A DNA stretch of 64,000 bases, taken from contig NC_092006.1 of NCBI RefSeq assembly GCF_044704955.1, forward strand, positions 2,046,001-2,110,000. Direction: 5' to 3'. Origin of the DNA: Pristiophorus japonicus (lineage: Eukaryota). Below the pieces are notes generated by a model that was not told where the DNA came from, ran no database searches, and saw only the letters and a program-made list of their open reading frames with translations. This document shows positions 58,201 through 64,000 of this stretch, piece after piece (positions within the stretch are counted from its first letter, which is position 1; every line of letters starts with the position of its first letter). Position numbers and translations under genes: made by a program.

Positions 58201-61200
58201 CATTCTCTTGCCCCTCAGGCCCTGATCGTGGCGAAGGTCGATGAGGAGGAAGTTTTCCGCCGTAAGCTGGCCTCCTCGGCCGCCAGCAGGAGGCAGCGCA
58301 AGCAGGTGCTGGGTACGCGGACAGAGCGGGTCTCGCCCGCTCACTCCGGGGACGGGAGCGCGGCCTCGCCGGGCAGCGAAGGGCCGGGCGCCAGTGACGA
58401 CAAGGGGCAGGAGCGCAGCACCAACCCCACCATCACCGTGGGGCAGCAGCAGGAGCAGGAGGAGGAGGAGGGAGCGTCGGAGGAGGGCGACCAACGAGGC
58501 AGCCACTCGAGCCACGTCTCCAAGTTTGAGAGTAAGTGTCGGTTACACAGGAACAGGAGGAGGCCCATTCAGCCCCTCGAGCCCGTTACACAGGAACAGG
58601 AGGAGGCCCATTCAGCCCCTCGAGCCTGTTACACAGGAACAGGAGGAGGCCCATTCAGCCCCTCGAGCCTGTTACACAGGAACAGGAGGAGGCCCATTCA
58701 GCCCCTCGAGCCTGTTACACAGGAACAGGAGGAGGCCCATTCAGCCCCTCGAGCCTGTTACACAGGAACAGGAGGAGGCCCATTCAGCCCCTCGAGCCTG
58801 TTACACAGGAACAGGAGGCCATTCAGCCCCTCGAGCCTGTTACACAGGAACAGGAGGAGGCCCATTCAGCCCCTCGAGCCTGTTACACAGGAACAGGAGG
58901 AGGCCCATTCAGCCCCTCGAGCCTGTTACACAGGAACAGGAGGAGGCCCATGCAGCCCCTCGAGCCTGTTACACAGGAACAGGAGGAGGCCCATTCAGCC
59001 CCTCGAGCCTGTTACACAGGAACAGGAGGGGGCCCATTCAGCCCCTCGAGCCTGTTACACAGGAACAGGAGGAGGCCCATTCAGCCCCTCGAGCCTGTTA
59101 CACAGGAACAGGAGGAGGCCCATGCAGCCCCTCGAGCCTGTTACACAGGAACAGGAGGAGGCCCATTCAGCCCCTCGAGCCTGTTACACAGGAACAGGAG
59201 GAGGCCATTTCTTTTTTCTCACCTGCGCTCATTTTTTTCAGTCTTGCTAATGTGCCGTAAGCTGGTTTCTTCATCCAGGGTTATGAATTTAAAAGAGATG
59301 TTAAATCTCACACCTCTCCAGCCCATCCGGAAGGGAACTTAGTCCCTGAAAATTGCAAACCCCCACCCCCCGGCTTCTAACACCTCTCCTGTTTTTCCTG
59401 ATGGGATTCCGTGTGTCTGACCTTGTCTTTATTCCCTCCCCTTGACCTGCAGTTCCCAGCCCCGACTTCAGCTTCCTGGCGGACGAACATTTGGAAGTGT
59501 ATGTCTCGGCCACGGAAAACCCCAACCACTTCTGGATCCAGATCCTGGGCTCGAGGTGCCTGCAACTCGACACTCTGACCTTCGAGATGTCTCGCTATTA
59601 TGGCGACATCATTGGCACGGTGAGTGCAGGTTATAAGGAGCACTGCGTGCGGTTGGGGGAAGTTAGAGCGGGGAAAGGAGAAGAGAGAGAAAGATTTACC
59701 TCGGGACCCCCCCCTAAAGTGCTTTACAGCCAATGAAGGGCTATTAAAGTGCAACATAAGCATTCACTCCAACTTCCCTTAGTCAGCTGGGGCTCAGTGG
59801 GCAGCCCTCCCCCTCTCTCACCGCGAGTCAAAAGGTCGCGTGTTCGAGTTCCACTCCAGAGACTTGAGCACAAAATCCAGGCCGACGCTCCCAGTGCAGT
59901 ACTGAGGGAGCACCGCACTGTCGGAGGGGCAGTACTGAGGGAGTGCCGCACTGTCGGAGGGGCAGTACTGAGCGAGCGCCGCACTGTCGGAGGGGCAGTA
60001 CTGAGGGAGCGCCGCAGTGTCGGAGGGGCCGTACTGAGGGAGCGCCGCACTGTCGGAGGGGCAGTACTGAGGGAGCGCCACACTGTCGGAGGGGCAGTAC
60101 TGAGGGAGCGCCGCACTGTCGGAGGGGCAGTACTGAGGGAGCGCCGCACTGTCGGAGGGGCAGTACTGAGGGAGGGCCGCACTGTCGGAGGGACAGTACT
60201 GAGGGAGTGCCGCACTGTCGGAGTGGCAGTACTGAGGGAGCACCGCACTGTCGGAGGGGCAGTACTGAGGGAGCGCCGCACTGTCGGAGGGGCAGTACTG
60301 AGGGAGCGCCGCACTGTCGGAGGGGCAGTACTGAGGGAGCGCCGCACTGTCGGAGGGGCAGTACTGAGGGAGCACCGCACTGTCGAAGGGGCGGTACTGA
60401 AGGAGCACCACACTGTCGAAGGGGCGGTACTGAAGGGAGTACTTCATTGGCTGTGAAGCACTTTGAGACGTCCTGAGGGGTTAAAAGGCGCTATAGAAAT
60501 GCAAGTCCGGCATTCCCCCTCTCTCTTCTCTCCCCCCCCCACCCCCCCACCCCCCCACCCCCCCAACTATCTGATTAACTCTTCCCTTCCCGAACGCCCG
60601 CAGGGGGAGGACTTTGCCCCGAAGGTGGGCGACATTGTGGCGGCCCCGTTCCAGGAGGACGGCTTCTGGTACCGGGCGCGAGTGTTGGGCTTCCTGGAGA
60701 GCGGCCGGGCCGACCTCTACTACGTGGATTACGGAGACAACGCCGAGGTTCCGGTCAGCAAGCTGCAGATCCTCAGGTTGGTGTGTTTCCCGCCCGCCCT
60801 CCGGCTCGCTCGCCCATTCTCCCTGCCTCGCTCTCTGTCTCCCTGTCTTGTTCTCTCTGTCTCTCTGTCTCGCTCTCTCTGTCTCCCTGTCTCGCTCTCT
60901 CTGTCTCCCTGTGTCGCTCTCTCTGTCTCCCTGTCTCGCGTTCTCTGTCTCCCTGTCTTGTTCTCTGTCTCCCTGTCTCGCTCTCTCTGTCTCCCTGTCT
61001 CGCTCTCTCTGTCTCCCTGTCTCGCTCTCTCTGTCTCCCTGTCTCGCTCTCTCTGTCTCCCTGTCTCGCTCTCTCTGTCTCCCTGTCTCGCTCTCTCTGT
61101 CTCCCTGTCTCGCTCTCTCTGTCTCCCTGTCTCGCTCTCTCTGTCTCCCTGTTTTGTTCTCTCTGTCTCCCTGTCTTGTTCTCTCTGTCTCCCTGTCTCG

Positions 61201-63674
61201 TTCTCTGTCTCCCTGTCTCGTTCTCTGTCTCCCTGTCTCGTTCCCTGTCTCGTTCTCTCTGTCTCCCTGTCTCGCTCTCTCTGTCTCCCTGTCTCGCTCT
61301 CTCTGTCTCCCTGTCTCGCTCTCTCTGTCTCCCTGTCTTGTTCTCTCTGTCTCCCGTCTTGTTCTCCCTGTCTCGTTCTCTGTCTCCCTGTCTCGTTCTC
61401 TGTCTCCCTGTCTCGTTCTCTCTGTCTCGCTCTCTCTGTCTCCCTGTCTCGCTCTCTCTCTCTCCCTGTCTCGCTCTCTCTGTCTCCGTCTCGTTCTCTG
61501 TCTCCCCGTCTCGTTCTCTGTCTCCCCGTCTCGTTCTCTCTGTCTCCCTGTCTCGTTCTCTGTCTCCCTGTCTCGTTCTCTGTCTCCCTGTCTCGTTCTC
61601 TGTCTCCCTGTCTCGCTCTCTCTGTCTCGCTCTCTCTGTCTCGCTCTCTCTGTCTCGCTCTCTCTGTCTCGCTCTCTGTCTCGCTCTCTCTGTCTCGCTC
61701 TCTCTGTCTCGCTCTCTCTGTCTCGCTCTCTCTGTCTCGCTCTCTCTGTCTCGCTCTCTCTGTCTCGCTCTCTCTGTCTCGCTCTCTCTGTCTCGCTCTC
61801 TCTGTCTCGCTCTCTCTGTCTCGNNNNNNNNNNNNNNNNNNNNNNNNNNNNNNNNNNNNNNNNNNNNNNNNNNNNNNNNNNNNNNNNNNNNNNNNNNNNN
61901 NNNNNNNNNNNNNNNNNNNNNNNNNNNNNNNNNNNNNNNNNNNNNNNNNNNNNNNNNNNNNNNNNNNNNNNNNNNNNNNNNNNNNNNNNNNNNNNNNNNN
62001 NNNNNNNNNNNNNNNNNNNNNNNNNNNNNNNNNNNNGCTCTCTCTGTCTCGCTCTCTCTGTCTCGCTCTCTCTGTCTCCCTGCCTCGCTCTCTCTGTCTC
62101 CCTGCCTCGCTCTCTCTGTCTCGCTCTCTGTCTCGCTCTCTGTCTCGCTCTCTGTCTCGCTCTCTGTCTCGCTCTCTGTCTCGCTCTCTGTCTCGCTCTC
62201 TGTCTCGTTCTCTCTGTCTCGTTCTCTCTGTCTCGTTCTCTCTGTCTCGTTCTCTCTGTCTCGTTCTCTCTGTCTCGCTCTCTCTGTCTCGCTCTCTCTG
62301 TCTCGCTCTCTCTGTCTCGCTCTCTCTGTCTCGCTCTCTCTGTCTCGCTCTCTCTGTCTCGCTCTCTCTGTCTCGCTCTCCCTGCCTCGCTCTCTCTGTC
62401 TCGCTCTCTCTGTCTCCCTGCCTCGCTCTCTCTGTCTCCCTGCCTCGCTCTCTCTGTCTCGCTCTCTGTCTCGCTCTCTGTCTCGCTCTCTGTCTCGCTC
62501 TCTGTCTCGCTCTCTGTCTCGTTCTCTCTGTCTCGTTCTCTCTGTCTCGTTCTCTCTGTCTCGTTCTCTCTGTCTCGCTCTCTCTGTCTCGCTCTCTCTG
62601 TCTCGCTCTCTCTGTCTCGCTCTCTCTGTCTCGCTCTCTCTGTCTCGCTCTCTCTGTCTCGCTCTCTCTGTCTCGCTCTCTCTGTCTCGCTCTCTCTGTC
62701 TCGCTCTCCCTGCCTCGCTCTCTCTGTCTCCCTGCCTCGCTCTCTCTGTCTCCCTGCCTCGCTCTCTCTGTCTCCCTGCCTCGCTCTCTCTGTCTCCCTG
62801 CCTCGCTCTCTCTGTCTCCCTGCCTCGCTCTCTCTGTCTCCCTGCCTCGCTCTCTCTGTCTCCCTGCCTCGCTCTCTCTGTCTCCCTGCCTCGCTCTCTC
62901 TGTCTCCCTGCCTCGCTCTCTCTCTGTCTCCCTGCCTCGCTCTCTCTCTGTCTCCCTGCCTCGCTCTCTCTCTGTCTCCCTGCCTCGCTCTCTCTCTGTC
63001 TCCCTGCCTCGCTCTCTCTCTGTCTCCCTGCCTCGCTCTCTCTCTGTCTCCCTGCCTCGCTCTCTCTCTGTCTCCCTGCCTCGCTCTCTCTCTGTCTCCC
63101 TGCCTCGCTCTCTCTCTGTCTCCCTGCCTCGCTCTCTCTCTGTCTCCCTGCCTCGCTCTCTCTCTGTCTCCCTGCCTCGCTCTCTCTCTGTCTCCCTGCC
63201 TCGCTCTCTCTCTGTCTCCCTGCCTCGCTCTCTCTCTGTCTCCCTGCCTCGCTCTCTCTCTGTCTCCCTGCCTCGCTCTCTCTCTGTCTCCCTGCCTCGC
63301 TCTCTCTCTGTCTCCCTGCCTCGCTCTCTCTCTGTCTCCCTGCCTCGCTCTCTCTCTGTCTCCCTGCCTCGCTCTCTCTCTGTCTCCCTGCCTCGCTCTC
63401 TCTCTGTCTCCCTGCCTCGCTCTCTCTCTGTCTCCCTGCCTCGCTCTCTCTCTGTCTCCCTGCCTCGCTCTCTCTCTGTCTCCCTGCCTCGCTCTCTCTC
63501 TGTCTCCCTGCCTCGCTCTCTCTCTGTCTCCCTGCCTCTCGCTCTCTCTGTCTCCCTGCCTCGCTCTCTCTCTGTGTAACTAGTAATGATTTCCCTGCTT
63601 CGGTTGCAGGAGTGATTTCCTGTGCCTGCCGTTCCAGGCTGTGGAGTGCAGCCTGGATGGAATCCAGCCCATCG
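49036..63674 (+). CDS. TDRKH: Tudor and KH domain-containing protein (TDRKH/TDRD2), partial: join(49036-49142,50359-50566,52080-52222,58219-58531,59453-59619,60604-60776,63610-63674); N-terminal exon not visible, 3' exons beyond the window
   Basis: KH1 ([24 protein letters not shown]), KH2 ([21 protein letters not shown]), extended Tudor ([31 protein letters not shown]; [25 protein letters not shown]; [16 protein letters not shown]). All junctions GT-AG with consistent phases. Confidence 0.95.
49465..50340 (+). repeat. DeuSINE with 33-bp minisatellite (~19 units)
   Basis: Head, array ~49575-50195, and a tail ending just before a TDRKH acceptor. Confidence 0.88.
50359..50566 (+). CDS. TDRKH: TDRKH exon (KH1 end/KH2 start)
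   Basis: [13 protein letters not shown]...[12 protein letters not shown]...[10 protein letters not shown]. Confidence 0.93.
52080..52222 (+). CDS. TDRKH: TDRKH exon (KH2)
   Basis: [48 protein letters not shown]. Confidence 0.93.
53710..54620 (-). mobile_element. CR1 LINE 3' fragment
   Basis: Open frame from [11 protein letters not shown] to [16 protein letters not shown] on the minus strand. Confidence 0.92.
55945..57900 (-). mobile_element. L2-clade LINE fragment containing a ~56-bp minisatellite (~56310-57570)
   Basis: [51 protein letters not shown] is typical L2 ORF2; unit GGGGCAGCGAGCACAGGGGGTGATGGGTGAGCGGGACTGGGTGCGAGTTAGGACAC, ~22 copies. Confidence 0.85.
58219..58531 (+). CDS. TDRKH: TDRKH exon (linker)
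   Basis: [29 protein letters not shown]...SKFE; GTAAGT donor. Confidence 0.9.
58541..59208 (+). repeat. 43-bp minisatellite (CR1 3'-end derived)
   Basis: Same unit, ~15 copies, starting ~10 bp after a TDRKH donor site. Confidence 0.92.
59453..59619 (+). CDS. TDRKH: TDRKH exon (extended Tudor, N-terminal part)
   Basis: [50 protein letters not shown]. Confidence 0.95.
59782..60505 (+). repeat. DeuSINE with 33-bp minisatellite (~16 units)
   Basis: Head, array ~59895-60440, tail. Confidence 0.88.
60604..60776 (+). CDS. TDRKH: TDRKH exon (Tudor core)
   Basis: [57 protein letters not shown]. Confidence 0.95.
60825..63575 (+). repeat. CT-rich compound micro/minisatellite (14-24-bp units) with an N gap at 61824-62036
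   Basis: TCTCGCTCTCTCTG-type units grading into near-perfect 24-mers TCTCCCTGCCTCGCTCTCTCTCTG. Confidence 0.95.
63610..63674 (+). CDS. TDRKH: TDRKH exon (post-Tudor)
   Basis: [23 protein letters not shown]; TTGCAG acceptor, GTGAGT donor. Confidence 0.93.
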
Positions 63675-64000
63675 GTGAGTCAACCATTCAAGCCCTCCGG
63701 CCTGCTGCGAGGGTGTGCCTGGGGTTGGGGTGGGGGCAGGGGAGGGTAGTCGGCGAGGTGGGGGGGGTGGGGGGGGGGAGGAGGGAGGAGGAGGGGGAAG
63801 GGAGGAGGAGGAGGAGGAGATGGGGGGGGGGAGAAAGGGGGGAGGGAGGGGGAGGAAGGGGGGAGGGAGGGGGAGGAAGGGAGGAGGAAGGGGGGGGAGG
63901 GAGGGGGAGGAGGAGGAGGGGGGGGGGAAGGGAGGAGGAAGGGGGGGGTGGGGGTCCCTGCGGGGGCGAGTGTGACTGAAGGGTTGTGGGATTGGGGCAA

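Noticed and set aside
58228-59342. Extension of the TDRKH linker exon into a 340-aa repetitive ORF
   Set aside because: A strong GTAAGT donor at 58532 with the correct phase; the rest is the 43-bp array.
60463-63749. ~1000-aa ORFs
   Set aside because: CT repeat plus N gap; only 60604-60776 and 63610-63674 are TDRKH exons.

Overview
Vertebrate genomic DNA, almost certainly from a cartilaginous fish (shark-type DeuSINE/SacSINE1-like SINEs, CR1, L2 and RTE LINEs), GC-rich, very minisatellite-dense, with three N gaps. Three protein-coding genes lie in tandem on the + strand. (1) A LINGO-family LRR-Ig-TM gene with a single coding exon, probably LINGO4 (487-2223). (2) A 14-exon class-7 semaphorin (12781-37069: signal peptide, Sema, PSI, Ig, GPI-type tail), reconstructed here exon by exon with consistent splice phases. 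(3) The piRNA-pathway gene TDRKH (CpG-island promoter ~48050-48738, seven visible exons 49036-63674, continuing past the window). Main finding: in human, LINGO4 and TDRKH are direct neighbours (1q21.3) while SEMA7A lies in the LINGO1 region (15q24). The semaphorin between them here is therefore a candidate second class-7 semaphorin, possibly a whole-genome-duplication paralog lost in mammals. It lacks the RGD motif and keeps class-3/4-like motifs. Other observations: TDRKH has an apparently complete Tudor aromatic cage; at least five minisatellite families grew out of specific positions inside retroelements; there is a solo LTR with a perfect TSD and a TTA-flanked Harbinger-like element. Homology statements come from recalled sequences, not database searches, and repeat boundaries are approximate.
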